This document shows positions 1-9,619 of a stretch of DNA of 64,000 nucleotides, one piece after another. The notes under the pieces were generated by a model. The model worked only from the letters and a program-made list of their open reading frames with translations, was not told the origin of the DNA and ran no database searches. This DNA comes from a virus, in IMG/VR virus record IMGVR_UViG_3300021963_006848, positions 33,039-97,038 of that record, one strand, 5' to 3'. Both the position numbers and the translations under genes were made by a program. Position 1 is the first letter of the stretch. Every line of letters starts with the position of its first letter.

Positions 1-375
1 AGTTCTGAAATCGAAGACTTGTTGTTGAACTTCTCCGTTACCTATCTTTAAGTCTAGTTGCAACTTTCCATCCCACTCTGCATCGTGTACTAAGTCGAAC
101 AAATAGAGGTTTATTAAAGTTAGTTGCTGCTTATTAAATATCATTTTGAAGAGATTTTCTATTACTTGTATGAACTTCTCTTCATACACTGTTGGATCTA
201 ATCCAATCTCCTCCTCCATAAAGTCTCTCCTATCTTCTATTTCTCTTAAAATAGTCAAGGTTTCCATAAACAGCTTCTTATTCATAAGGTCTCTATCTTG
301 TTCTTTAAGCTTGAGCTTAAAATTAACTTTTAAATAATTCTTTACAATTGATCTTATTGCAGTTTTCTCATTCAT
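1..375 (-). CDS. hypothetical protein, 3' end truncated by the window edge
   Basis: Manual translation from ATG at 375 (MNEKTAIRSIVKNYLKV...) stays open for 125 codons to position 1; missing from the ORF track. Confidence 0.8.
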   Translation of the reverse strand, partial: MNEKTAIRSIVKNYLKVNFKLKLKEQDRDLMNKKLFMETLTILREIEDRRDFMEEEIGLDPTVYEEKFIQVIENLFKMIFNKQQLTLINLYLFDLVHDAEWDGKLQLDLKIGNGEVQQQVFDFRT

Positions 376-415
376 GTTTAATCAATTTAAAGTAACTTAT
401 TCTAATTACCTACTC

Positions 416-799
416 TTAAGCTGTTAGCTTATCCTCTGGTGCTTCTTCTGGAGCAGCGGTTCCTGGGTTCTGTCCAGATAATGCTTGACGTACAATCTTA
501 TCAATATACTCTATGTAGATAAAGAAACCTACAATAGTCTTATCCTTTAAGTTACGGTCTCTCTCTACTCTCATACCAAACTCTGCTAGACCTTTTTCAA
601 GTCTTTCTTCTAGTTCAATAGCAATATCATTTTGCTCTGTCGGAGTGATAGCTCCAAACTGAGTAGGTAGGAACTGCACCTTAATACCTTTCTTTTGAGG
701 ATCTTCGTTTACGTCTACCTTTAGAATAAAAGAATGTCCAGCAAAGTTTACTTTTGCTGCTTCACTTATTACTTGTTTAATTTCTTTAATATACTTCAT
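416..799 (-). CDS. hypothetical phage protein
   Basis: 127-aa ORF, co-directional with neighbours, TATTTAT motif upstream. Confidence 0.75.
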   Translation of the reverse strand: MKYIKEIKQVISEAAKVNFAGHSFILKVDVNEDPQKKGIKVQFLPTQFGAITPTEQNDIAIELEERLEKGLAEFGMRVERDRNLKDKTIVGFFIYIEYIDKIVRQALSGQNPGTAAPEEAPEDKLTA

Positions 800-836
800 A
801 GTGTCTGAAATGTTTTCAATTATGTAAATAAATAGC

Positions 837-2024
837 TTAGGATACTTGTATTAGAGAATTTTGAGACTCAACTAATCGTAAGATTGTTACTGTTAAGTTA
901 CCTAACTTAAACTTGCCGTTATGCCCTTGTTCTTTCATTATTTCTGGAAGTATTTGAAGAGCTTGATAGTCTTGGTTAGTAAAGGCTTTGCCGTCTATCT
1001 CTACTACAATATCATCATAGTCAAATGGATTTTGATAACCTAATGTAAAGACTCTCTTATGTAAATCATAGCTAGTTCTCTTATGTTCATATTCATAATA
1101 AGATGCAAATAATACTCCCATCTCATCATCTATGTAAATTCTATCGCACCAAGGTTCTAAAGTATCTAATAACTTTAAATTACAGCTCTTAACTGCATAG
1201 GCAATGTTGTACTTAGGGCTAACGATTGGCTTCATTAGCGACGTGTGATTAACGTTAGACCCCCATTTGCGAATGAACTCTCTAGTAGAATTATTCATAA
1301 GCTGTTGCCATTCTTCGTCTTTCTTTTCTCCTACACTTCCATGTTGGAATTGTCCTCCTCTTCCTGTAAAGTGGTATACTAAGCTAGACCAAGGCTGTAT
1401 AAAGCTGAATCCGGCTAAAAGCATTCTATTGAAGATATCTGAATCTTCTCTGGCTGATTTTAGAATAGGATCATGTCCTCCTAATGTTGAGAAATCTTCT
1501 TTATACATCATCCATGGAGCAAAAATACCTTCTGTTACTTCGCTTGAATTATTCTCTCTAGCTACGAATGTATTAAAAGCTTCTTCTTTAAACTCTTCTG
1601 GCCATACTCCAAAGTCCATCAGAATCTTTTCTCCTGCGTTTGGGTGTAGAGGTGGTTCAATTCGAGTAGAACAAACTACTGTCTTCTTTTGTAACTGATT
1701 CCATGCTTGTAGGTCTGCGTTTTTTCCTAATATCATATCAGCATGGAATATCATAAAAGCAGCTGTTGTGCTCTTATCTATACAGTAGTCATATGCTTTC
1801 CCTATACCGTAGAGTTCTTTACCTAGTTTAGGATTTACAAAATAGGTTATTTCGTATTTATCTTTATTTTCACGCAACCATTCAACTGTACCGTCGTTGT
1901 CTGAATCTACAAATACAATTATATCGTGATCTGGTCTAAATGCATTCTTCCTAATAGAAGGTATACAGGTCTTTAAGTACCTTAAGTTATTCTTACTAGG
2001 GATGCAAAATGTTATTTTTTCCAT
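837..2024 (-). CDS. glycosyltransferase family 2
   Basis: N-terminal ITFCIPS...VFVD, HADM DxD-like motif, GG.D...EDSD, VYH. Confidence 0.85.
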   Translation of the reverse strand: MEKITFCIPSKNNLRYLKTCIPSIRKNAFRPDHDIIVFVDSDNDGTVEWLRENKDKYEITYFVNPKLGKELYGIGKAYDYCIDKSTTAAFMIFHADMILGKNADLQAWNQLQKKTVVCSTRIEPPLHPNAGEKILMDFGVWPEEFKEEAFNTFVARENNSSEVTEGIFAPWMMYKEDFSTLGGHDPILKSAREDSDIFNRMLLAGFSFIQPWSSLVYHFTGRGGQFQHGSVGEKKDEEWQQLMNNSTREFIRKWGSNVNHTSLMKPIVSPKYNIAYAVKSCNLKLLDTLEPWCDRIYIDDEMGVLFASYYEYEHKRTSYDLHKRVFTLGYQNPFDYDDIVVEIDGKAFTNQDYQALQILPEIMKEQGHNGKFKLGNLTVTILRLVESQNSLIQVS

Positions 2025-2854
2025 TATTTTATTCCATTTACCATTCCGTAAGCATCAAAGGTTGGAAGACCGTTCCACTTACTATAAAATTTTCTTACGT
2101 TTTCTGCTTCAGCTCTTTTTTGTCTCTCTGAAGATTGACCTCCATTCTCTTCTAATCGATGGCTTCCTCTTGCTCCAAAATGCCATACTACAGATTTAGA
2201 AGGCATTACAAACTCTACCCCTACTTGCTTCATTCTTAAAAATAAATCCATATCATCCCAGCTAGTAGGAGCAAATAGAGGATCATTTCCTCCAACCTCG
2301 TCCCATACAGCCTTCTTAACTAACCCCGATACTCCTTCTCCTTTTGGTATCTGGAAGTCATTAAGTAAAGCAAATTCTTTAGCATATTCTTCTAATCTTT
2401 CTTTGTCGAAATCGTTTGCGAAAGCGCCAAAATCAGATGGATCAACTAACAATGTTCCCCAACGAGTTGGAGAGTTAAACATATTAGGTTCTATTCTAAA
2501 AGAATTAACCCATAATTTTTTATCAGGATTAGCTTCATGTACTTTCATTAATTCTAAATCCCAATTCTCTGTAACATAGAAGTCTGAGTGAAGGAAGTTA
2601 ATATACTCTGTTTCACATTTCTCAGCGATAAAATTCATTCCCTGTCCTAACCCAGAAGGCTCTAAGTCTTTTATATAGACTGTTAGGTTGTACTTTACTC
2701 CATTATCTGCTAACCATTGGTAAGTTCCATCTGTACAATTCTCTGCATGAATAATAAATGGAGCGTCTTTGTAGTAGCTATTCTTCCTAACAGATTCAAC
2801 TGCTAGTTTTAAGTACGGTAGATTGTTGTAAGTACTAATACAATGTGTTAACAT
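2024..2854 (-). CDS. glycosyltransferase family 2
   Basis: ISTYN, NCTDGT, FLHSD, VGGND...WDDMD, VVWH. Confidence 0.85.
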   Translation of the reverse strand: MLTHCISTYNNLPYLKLAVESVRKNSYYKDAPFIIHAENCTDGTYQWLADNGVKYNLTVYIKDLEPSGLGQGMNFIAEKCETEYINFLHSDFYVTENWDLELMKVHEANPDKKLWVNSFRIEPNMFNSPTRWGTLLVDPSDFGAFANDFDKERLEEYAKEFALLNDFQIPKGEGVSGLVKKAVWDEVGGNDPLFAPTSWDDMDLFLRMKQVGVEFVMPSKSVVWHFGARGSHRLEENGGQSSERQKRAEAENVRKFYSKWNGLPTFDAYGMVNGIK

Positions 2855-3627
2855 AGTGATTCTTTTTTCCAGTCAATAAAATATGCCATCCATTTTTCTT
2901 CTGCATGAGTTGAATATGCAGTAATCGGGCTTAATAACTTCTTTCCTTTTTTGGCTAGCATTTTAAAATTAGCACCACCCATTGGTAGAGGCTGCCCTGC
3001 ATGTAGTTTAAAAAAATCGTCATAATCTTCAACTACGTTCTTAGCTGTAGTAGCCCACGTCATTGTAGTACTATCTACTGTTCGCCAATGTGTTGACTTA
3101 CTTATGTAGATGGTATCTTGTTTACCAACATTATAGATTACTCCTGGTTTTCTAATACCGTTTTCTTCTACGTCTACCATTTCATGTCCCCATTCGTATC
3201 TAGGATCTTTTAAATTCTGATACTTATCTGGATGGTCATAAAGTGTTACATAATCTGCTTTTAGATCTTCAAAAGCTTCCATTAAGATCTCGTAAGCACC
3301 TCTTCTATGTAAGTAATCATCTTCTAGAAAATAGAAGATAGTATCCTCAGGTGCTAATCCTTCTTTTATTATGTTGTAAGCTAAATCTATACTAGCTAAA
3401 AATGAACCGGTGTTGCCGTTATTAGTAAGGTAGATATTCTCTTCTTGAACATACTTCCTGACCATATCGTGAGTTTCTTCCGTAACATTATCACACAGTA
3501 TTATCAGATTCTTATTTGTAAACTCTCGTACATAGACCCTTAAACAGTCTTCCTTACTTGCGTAATCAGGTTTTACTTTTTCTGGATTACTGTAATCGCT
3601 AATTCTATATATTGTTACTAGATTCAT
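2848..3627 (-). CDS. putative GT-A fold glycosyltransferase
   Basis: ILCDN, GN.GSF, FYFLEDDYLH motif; lies in the GT cluster. Confidence 0.65.
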   Translation of the reverse strand: MNLVTIYRISDYSNPEKVKPDYASKEDCLRVYVREFTNKNLIILCDNVTEETHDMVRKYVQEENIYLTNNGNTGSFLASIDLAYNIIKEGLAPEDTIFYFLEDDYLHRRGAYEILMEAFEDLKADYVTLYDHPDKYQNLKDPRYEWGHEMVDVEENGIRKPGVIYNVGKQDTIYISKSTHWRTVDSTTMTWATTAKNVVEDYDDFFKLHAGQPLPMGGANFKMLAKKGKKLLSPITAYSTHAEEKWMAYFIDWKKESLC

Positions 3628-4498
3628 ATACCTGTCTTAAAAATGTTATCATTGCTTCTTCACTCTTCTTTGCATATTCTTTAAACAGCTCGTCATTTCG
3701 AGTAGCTGAAGTATTTGCTCTCTTCTTTGGATGCCAGTAGTTATGTCCTTTTAGTCTTGTAGTTACGCAAATCTGAGGTATTAATTTGGCTTTGAAAAAA
3801 TTCTCTGCACAAGTATCTTCTCTTACAAAATGCATATCCGCAGGTATCCAAGGATAAGGAACTCCTTTAGAAATACAAAGAAGAGCTCCGTCTATTTTTA
3901 GCGGTACTTGCTGTAACACTATGTCGCTCTCTTGATTAAACCTATCTAATTGATCTTGTGTTATTACGTCTTTATATTTCAATGGCGACTTTAATAATTC
4001 AATACAATCTGCTCTATGTTCTGTTCCGCATTTACACGGTTTACTATATCCTTGTAAATTATTATGCGTTACAATATCCCAGCTATCATCCCACATTGGT
4101 CTAGAAGCAAAGGTTAGTAAGTGAGGAGTATCTATCTCAGTTTGCTGTAGTATATAAAAGAAATCTACAGGAAGAAGCGTATCTGTTTCTCCCCAAACTG
4201 TATACTTAGCTGCAGGGTTGTATATCTCTCGTCTCCAATCGGCTATATTATAGAAAGCTGATCTGTTATCTTTCTCCCAGATCTCAACTCTACTCATTAG
4301 AGGATGGTCTATAAACTTTGCTACCATCTCATCTACAGTTACCTCTTGTGGTTGTTCTAAATAAGTCTGTTTATTGATACAAAACTTTAAACGTACATCT
4401 AAACCTGGTGCTTGTTCTAAAGCAGCTTGTATAGAGTCTAGAGTTTCGTTAACCATCTCTGCTTCGTACCACATTATATGCATTTGGAATAGTATCAT
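3605..4498 (-). CDS. putative glycosyltransferase / hypothetical protein
   Basis: VWGETD (ExD), later REDT and GHN; context only. Confidence 0.45.
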   Translation of the reverse strand: MILFQMHIMWYEAEMVNETLDSIQAALEQAPGLDVRLKFCINKQTYLEQPQEVTVDEMVAKFIDHPLMSRVEIWEKDNRSAFYNIADWRREIYNPAAKYTVWGETDTLLPVDFFYILQQTEIDTPHLLTFASRPMWDDSWDIVTHNNLQGYSKPCKCGTEHRADCIELLKSPLKYKDVITQDQLDRFNQESDIVLQQVPLKIDGALLCISKGVPYPWIPADMHFVREDTCAENFFKAKLIPQICVTTRLKGHNYWHPKKRANTSATRNDELFKEYAKKSEEAMITFLRQVYESSNNI

Positions 4499-5295
4499 AG
4501 TTGCTCTAGAGTTATACGTTCGAATCGTTTATCTGCAGGATTATTATTTGACAATATACGAACTTTTATTTCATTTTCCAAGAACCAATCATACATTTTA
4601 TCCGTACACTCAATTGTGTGAAGTAACTCTTCATACTCAGGACCTCCTCCTACATCTACTTTATAAAGATCTTTAGCATGTTGGTCGATCCAATTAGTAT
4701 CAACTGACATTAAATTGTTAGAAGGATACTTGCTTAAATCTCCAATATCCCAACCTATTGTAACTATATCTTTACATCCTAAATGTAATGCTAAAGGAAA
4801 ACCTGATTCATACATTATACCTGGGCCCCATACTAATTTACCTTCTCCGTATAATTTCCAATTATCAAAGTTTCTAGTATACGCAGTAGTCTGATCTTTA
4901 GTAACCCAGGGTGTTGAGTAGACAGGAATAGCTAAGTCTATACGTTGGTCCCATTGTTGGATACGGTCTAACTCTCCTTGTATATTCATAGCAGTCAACT
5001 GCCAATGTCTAATTGTATTCTCAGAAAAGTATTCGTAAGGCTGGTAATTATATACAGACAGTAAATGAAAATCTACTACCTCTTTTATATACTCATAAGA
5101 TTGCTTACAAGCAATTACTAGCTTACCTTCTAACTTTTCTATTAAGGAATCTCTATCATGAGATAAAAGAGAAGGACCGCATGTAACTAAGTATGCAGTC
5201 TCTCCTTTATAAGTGTCTTTTAATAGCTGTATTCTTTCGAAGGAATCTTCTTGAGATCTTAGCTTAGCTAATACGCTTGGTGTTGCTGAATTCAT
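4495..5295 (-). CDS. Maf/DUF115 (MptE-like) protein, candidate nonulosonate transferase
   Basis: TAYLVTCGPSL, VIACKQ, LALHLGCKDIVTIGWD motifs; adjacent to neuA. Confidence 0.65.
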   Translation of the reverse strand: MNSATPSVLAKLRSQEDSFERIQLLKDTYKGETAYLVTCGPSLLSHDRDSLIEKLEGKLVIACKQSYEYIKEVVDFHLLSVYNYQPYEYFSENTIRHWQLTAMNIQGELDRIQQWDQRIDLAIPVYSTPWVTKDQTTAYTRNFDNWKLYGEGKLVWGPGIMYESGFPLALHLGCKDIVTIGWDIGDLSKYPSNNLMSVDTNWIDQHAKDLYKVDVGGGPEYEELLHTIECTDKMYDWFLENEIKVRILSNNNPADKRFERITLEQL

Positions 5296-5971
5296 TATAT
5301 AAAACCTCTCCTACTTTAAATTGCCAGTCGTAGTCGATATCGAATGCTTCTAATTCTGGCATTGTGAATAATTTAATTCCTCCTGGTGCTTGAAAGTCTC
5401 CCATAAATCTATCTTGAGCGATAAGATCTAATCTAGAAGCATATAATACGTGAGCTGCTTCATAGGTAGGTTCTACTGCTTTAGTATTCATTATAGTCTG
5501 ATCTTCAGGCCATGGTGTAACTAAAGCACCTTCTTTATTCCAATAGTATTGCTTTTTTTCTATAACTGCAAAAAGGTTTTCTTCTTCTTGAACTATAAAC
5601 TGTCTTACAAAGGAATCAATAGTATCTGTTGTTAGTAGAGGATTACATCCGGAAATTAGAACTACATACTTATACCAAGGTGGTAATTTATCATGCCATT
5701 CATAAATCTTCTGTAAACTATTATCGTTGTTTGCTGATTCGTGGCTTCTCCCAAATACGTAAACTCCTTTTTGTGCTGCTATATTAGATAGCTCTTCTTC
5801 GTGTACTGAAGCAACAATGTTATTACGTGGAATTACATCGGAATCCAATAACTTATCTAATACTAATTCAAATAGATTTGTATCTGCGAAAGGCTTGATC
5901 ATCTTTCGAGGTACTCTTTGACTATTAAGTCTTGCCTGTACTACGAATGCAATTTCTGCTATATCTTTCAT
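5264..5971 (-). CDS. neuA: acylneuraminate (nonulosonate) cytidylyltransferase
   Basis: QARLNSQRVPRKMIKPF N-terminal motif, CNPL, DIDYDWQF. Confidence 0.85.
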   Translation of the reverse strand: MKDIAEIAFVVQARLNSQRVPRKMIKPFADTNLFELVLDKLLDSDVIPRNNIVASVHEEELSNIAAQKGVYVFGRSHESANNDNSLQKIYEWHDKLPPWYKYVVLISGCNPLLTTDTIDSFVRQFIVQEEENLFAVIEKKQYYWNKEGALVTPWPEDQTIMNTKAVEPTYEAAHVLYASRLDLIAQDRFMGDFQAPGGIKLFTMPELEAFDIDYDWQFKVGEVLYNEFSNTKRIS

Positions 5972-6657
5972 ATTAGTTTTTTTGTTTCTTCTGTTAATGG
6001 AAAAAATTCTCTACTGATAGGTGTTCCTATATTGTAATCAAATCCTTCTCCTAGATTTTGTAAAGTTTCATGTCCTCTAACTCCTTTCAATACTGTATAA
6101 GCATCTGTAAAAATACTTAAATAAGACATTGGATGTCCTTCGTAATCTCTCCTAGTATCTGTAGGCTTTAATCCTTTATGTTTAGTGAAGGCATGTATGT
6201 TACTAAAATCTTTATTAAATCCATCAAACCCAGCAAAGTAAATTATATGAGCTTCTGTAGATAAAGCAAGCTGTATTAACCTAAAAGCGGCTCCAGATTT
6301 GTAAGCTGGGCGGTTATTATCTTTGAAAAACTGTAACTCTGTTTCGTGAATAGGTATATTGATAGTTTCTTTAAACTTACGAAACTCTGAAGTGTTTTGC
6401 TTGCCGCGGTAATGAGAAGTTTCGAAAACTACTGTTGTATTACTATTAGTAAGTTTCTTAATTAACCTTTCTTCTTTAAGGGGAGTTGTGTACGCAAGTA
6501 CGTAGAAATCAATCTCTTGATTCAAAACTCTAGGCTCTAAATAGAAATCGTTACATGTCCATAAATAATCGTAAGGAAGATTCTCCCACTTAGTATCTAA
6601 AGTAGATTGCCCTCCTCCTAGTATTAATATTTTTTTATCTTTATACTTTGCTAGCAT
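5968..6657 (-). CDS. putative sialyltransferase-like protein (Cst/GT42- or Maf-like Rossmann fold)
   Basis: ILILGGGQS, WTCNDFYLE, SG, IYFAGFDG resemble Cst-type motifs. Confidence 0.55.
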   Translation of the reverse strand: MLAKYKDKKILILGGGQSTLDTKWENLPYDYLWTCNDFYLEPRVLNQEIDFYVLAYTTPLKEERLIKKLTNSNTTVVFETSHYRGKQNTSEFRKFKETINIPIHETELQFFKDNNRPAYKSGAAFRLIQLALSTEAHIIYFAGFDGFNKDFSNIHAFTKHKGLKPTDTRRDYEGHPMSYLSIFTDAYTVLKGVRGHETLQNLGEGFDYNIGTPISREFFPLTEETKKLI

Positions 6658-7372
6658 TATTTTTCTTTTTAAGAGTGCTCCAGAAAGTATGAGTACTGCC
6701 TTCTGCTTCTCTTACTTTTCCTCTGTATCTGTAGTTAAAAATATAATGGTATCCGCTATCATACTGTTCGGACAGCGGTCCAATAAACTCAAAATTATTA
6801 AAAATTTCTTCCCATTGAGATTTTTTCTTTATCTCATGAGAAAGATGTAGATTAGTCTTTTTGTCTACTTTAGAAGGTTCAAACCACGGTGATAAACTAA
6901 ATGCAAAAATACCTTCATCTGATAAATGGTTATATACGTTCTTTGCAAATGTAGCTAAATTTTCTGGAGCTATATGTTCAATAACTTCCCATGCATTTAT
7001 CAGATCAAACTTAACTTCTTTTTCAGATTCTAATATTTGAAAAGGTTTACTGATATCACAAGTAAATAAATTCTTATTATGTAACTTAGTCCAATTGTCT
7101 ACCTGATTAATTACAGGCCAGTTACTTCCTTCTAATCCGACTGTTAAACATCCTCTTTTTAAAAAATCAGATACAAGGTAACCACTTGCGGCTCCTAAGT
7201 CTAAAACTCTTAAGTCTGGTTTTTTAAAGTAATCTACAACTTCATCTGCAAACGGATTAAATCCATCCGACCAGGTATAATAAGGACCCCCTAAGATATT
7301 CTTAGTACCTTGGGGGTAAATATGGTCCGGTGAATCTACCGCTATCGGAAAGTCTGTGAGTACTTTAAACAT
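6641..7372 (-). CDS. class I SAM-dependent methyltransferase
   Basis: VLDLGAASG, FDLINAWEVIEHI, L...G. Confidence 0.85.
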   Translation of the reverse strand: MFKVLTDFPIAVDSPDHIYPQGTKNILGGPYYTWSDGFNPFADEVVDYFKKPDLRVLDLGAASGYLVSDFLKRGCLTVGLEGSNWPVINQVDNWTKLHNKNLFTCDISKPFQILESEKEVKFDLINAWEVIEHIAPENLATFAKNVYNHLSDEGIFAFSLSPWFEPSKVDKKTNLHLSHEIKKKSQWEEIFNNFEFIGPLSEQYDSGYHYIFNYRYRGKVREAEGSTHTFWSTLKKKNNASKV

Positions 7373-8223
7373 TATCCTCTTAGTTTAGCTCGTACTGGTT
7401 TTTCTGATTCTGTAACTTGTATAACACCGTCGCCAAAAGCTTCTTCTAATTCTCTAATACCACTTACAAGTTTAAATAATCCTTGCGGCTCTACCGATGC
7501 TAAATGATCAGAACCCCACATTTGTCTATCTAATGTAATATGTCGTTCTATAATAGAAGCTCCTAAGTAAACTGCAGCTACTGTTGTACCTAATCTAAAC
7601 TCATGACCTGAGTAACCAATTTCAAAGTCTGGATATTCTGCACTTAGAGTCTGAATACCAGAAAGGTTTAGTTCATTGATTGGAGCTGGATAGGTAGAGT
7701 TACAATGTAGTAATCCAATCGTATGAGGATTATTGTGGATTAACTTAGCTTTACGTAACACTGCTACTGCGTTATCAATTTCTTCTCTTGTAGACATACC
7801 TGTCGAAAAGATAACTCTTTTACCTGAAGCTACGCACCCTTCTAATAACTCGTTATTTGTTAACATTGCTGATGGTACTTTCAAAAACGGGACATCGTAC
7901 TGTTTTAAGAATTCTAGAGAATCCATATCCCAAGGAGATGCAGACCATTCAATACCGTGAGATTTACAATGAGCATCAATAGCGTCATACTCAGCTTTTT
8001 CAAACTCTACCTTATACTTATAGTCTAAGTAAGTCATTTGACCCCATGGAGTATCCCTCATTACATTTTTTTGATGCTCAGGTACACATACGTCTGGGTT
8101 TCTCTTTTGAAACTTAACTGCATCACATCCAGCGGCGGCTGCAATATCAATTAGTCTTAATGCGTTTTTCAAGTCGCCGTTATGGTTAATTCCAATCTCG
8201 GCAATGATGTAAGTCTTTTTCAT
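7372..8223 (-). CDS. neuB: N-acetylneuraminate/nonulosonate synthase, short form without C-terminal SAF domain
   Basis: IIAEIGINHNGD, DAVKFQKR, LHCNSTYP, GYSGHE, IERHITLDR, GSDH. Confidence 0.93.
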   Translation of the reverse strand: MKKTYIIAEIGINHNGDLKNALRLIDIAAAAGCDAVKFQKRNPDVCVPEHQKNVMRDTPWGQMTYLDYKYKVEFEKAEYDAIDAHCKSHGIEWSASPWDMDSLEFLKQYDVPFLKVPSAMLTNNELLEGCVASGKRVIFSTGMSTREEIDNAVAVLRKAKLIHNNPHTIGLLHCNSTYPAPINELNLSGIQTLSAEYPDFEIGYSGHEFRLGTTVAAVYLGASIIERHITLDRQMWGSDHLASVEPQGLFKLVSGIRELEEAFGDGVIQVTESEKPVRAKLRG

Positions 8224-8226
8224 ATT

Positions 8227-8538
8227 TTAATCTAAGTAAATTTCTTCAATTCTACAACTCTTATCACAGATAAGTAAATCATATGGAGGTTTTTCTCCTA
8301 CTATGAGGTTATGAAATTTACAACCCCAAGTATTTAATTGGAATAGAGTTAAGTCTTCGTATTCTGGAATTCTATCTCGATGTACAGACCCTCTTGCAGT
8401 CCAGTAGGTAATTGTATTACCTTCATCGTACAGCTTATTAATTTTTTCTATATTACTAAGGTTAGGAAGTGCGTACTGGTATTCTCTTTCTCCTTCGTAA
8501 TAGCAAATCGTTTCATCGATGTCTACGTATATGTTCAT
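8227..8538 (-). CDS. small HAD-superfamily phosphatase
   Basis: YVDIDETI (DxD), WTARG, KP..D..I.DK. Confidence 0.8.
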   Translation of the reverse strand: MNIYVDIDETICYYEGEREYQYALPNLSNIEKINKLYDEGNTITYWTARGSVHRDRIPEYEDLTLFQLNTWGCKFHNLIVGEKPPYDLLICDKSCRIEEIYLD

Positions 8539-8540
8539 AA

Positions 8541-9167
8541 CTATAAAGTTTCGTAATAACTATTTTGTCTCTCTTGACGAGCTATATCTTTTGGATGATA
8601 TAGAGCTAAACTCTGTTCAGCTGGTAATGGTGCATATGTCTTAAAGCCTTCTAACCTTTCGTGTACTTTGTTAACCCATTTGATCTCAGGTTTATTTTTC
8701 CAAATTCTCCATTGATAGTCAGGCCAATTAACTCTGCCGTTAATATCAACATACCAGCCCCATTTATTAATATGCTCCATTGTAAGTCCTTCTACGGTAT
8801 TTACTCTAGGAACTAAAAGAACTTCTAGATCAGTATTTTCTTCTAGAATTCCTGGAAGAGCATCTATTAAGTACTTATGTGGTATTTCATCAGCATCAAT
8901 CTGAAAAATGTAATCACCGGTGCAGTAAGATGTTAGTTTATTTTTCCAATCTGCAAAATGACCTTCAAACCATAAACCTCTCCAAAACTGAATATTAGGG
9001 TAGATATTCATCTTAGTTAACCATTCAGCTACTCGCTCATCACCGTTCTTTTGATCATATAAAATAATTACTTCATCTTGTACTCTTTTATTTTCTTTTA
9101 AAAAAGTAACAAGCTTCTGAATTTCTTCATACTCATTGCAGACAGTTATTGCATAACTAATTTTCAT
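8541..9167 (-). CDS. glycosyltransferase family 2
   Basis: ISYAITVCNE, FQIDADE, PDYQ.R, VHE. Confidence 0.85.
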   Translation of the reverse strand: MKISYAITVCNEYEEIQKLVTFLKENKRVQDEVIILYDQKNGDERVAEWLTKMNIYPNIQFWRGLWFEGHFADWKNKLTSYCTGDYIFQIDADEIPHKYLIDALPGILEENTDLEVLLVPRVNTVEGLTMEHINKWGWYVDINGRVNWPDYQWRIWKNKPEIKWVNKVHERLEGFKTYAPLPAEQSLALYHPKDIARQERQNSYYETL

Positions 9168-9168
9168 A

Positions 9169-9618
9169 CTATAACTCTACTTGAAAGAATCCAATATATT
9201 CTAATGCATCCATGAAATCTCTTTGTCCAAACTTTTTCAAGTTCTGCATATCCATCTTAAAGTTATGACCTTCAGGATACTTCTTACTATCTAACTCTTC
9301 TTGAGTTAGTTTAATAGCACGTACTCCAGCCCAAGACCATTCTTTAGATGTAGTACCATCTAAAAATACCATTCCTTTTTCTGGTATAGTGATCGTAGCA
9401 GGTAACCATGCTAGGTTTGTATCATCTACAAACTTAAGATCTTTGTATAACTCTGGAGAAGATTCTACAGCTGTTTTTACAACTGCTCCATTTTCTTGCA
9501 TTACTGTTGATGTAGTAAAACCACATGCCATACAAAGCCATGTCTTAGTCTTATCGTCTATATGCTGTTCATAACAAGCATTACCTCCACATCTTTTACA
9601 GGTTGTTAACGTATCCAT
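9169..9618 (-). CDS. hypothetical protein with zinc ribbon
   Basis: CKRC...CMAC. Confidence 0.7.
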   Translation of the reverse strand: MDTLTTCKRCGGNACYEQHIDDKTKTWLCMACGFTTSTVMQENGAVVKTAVESSPELYKDLKFVDDTNLAWLPATITIPEKGMVFLDGTTSKEWSWAGVRAIKLTQEELDSKKYPEGHNFKMDMQNLKKFGQRDFMDALEYIGFFQVEL

Positions 9619-9619
9619 A

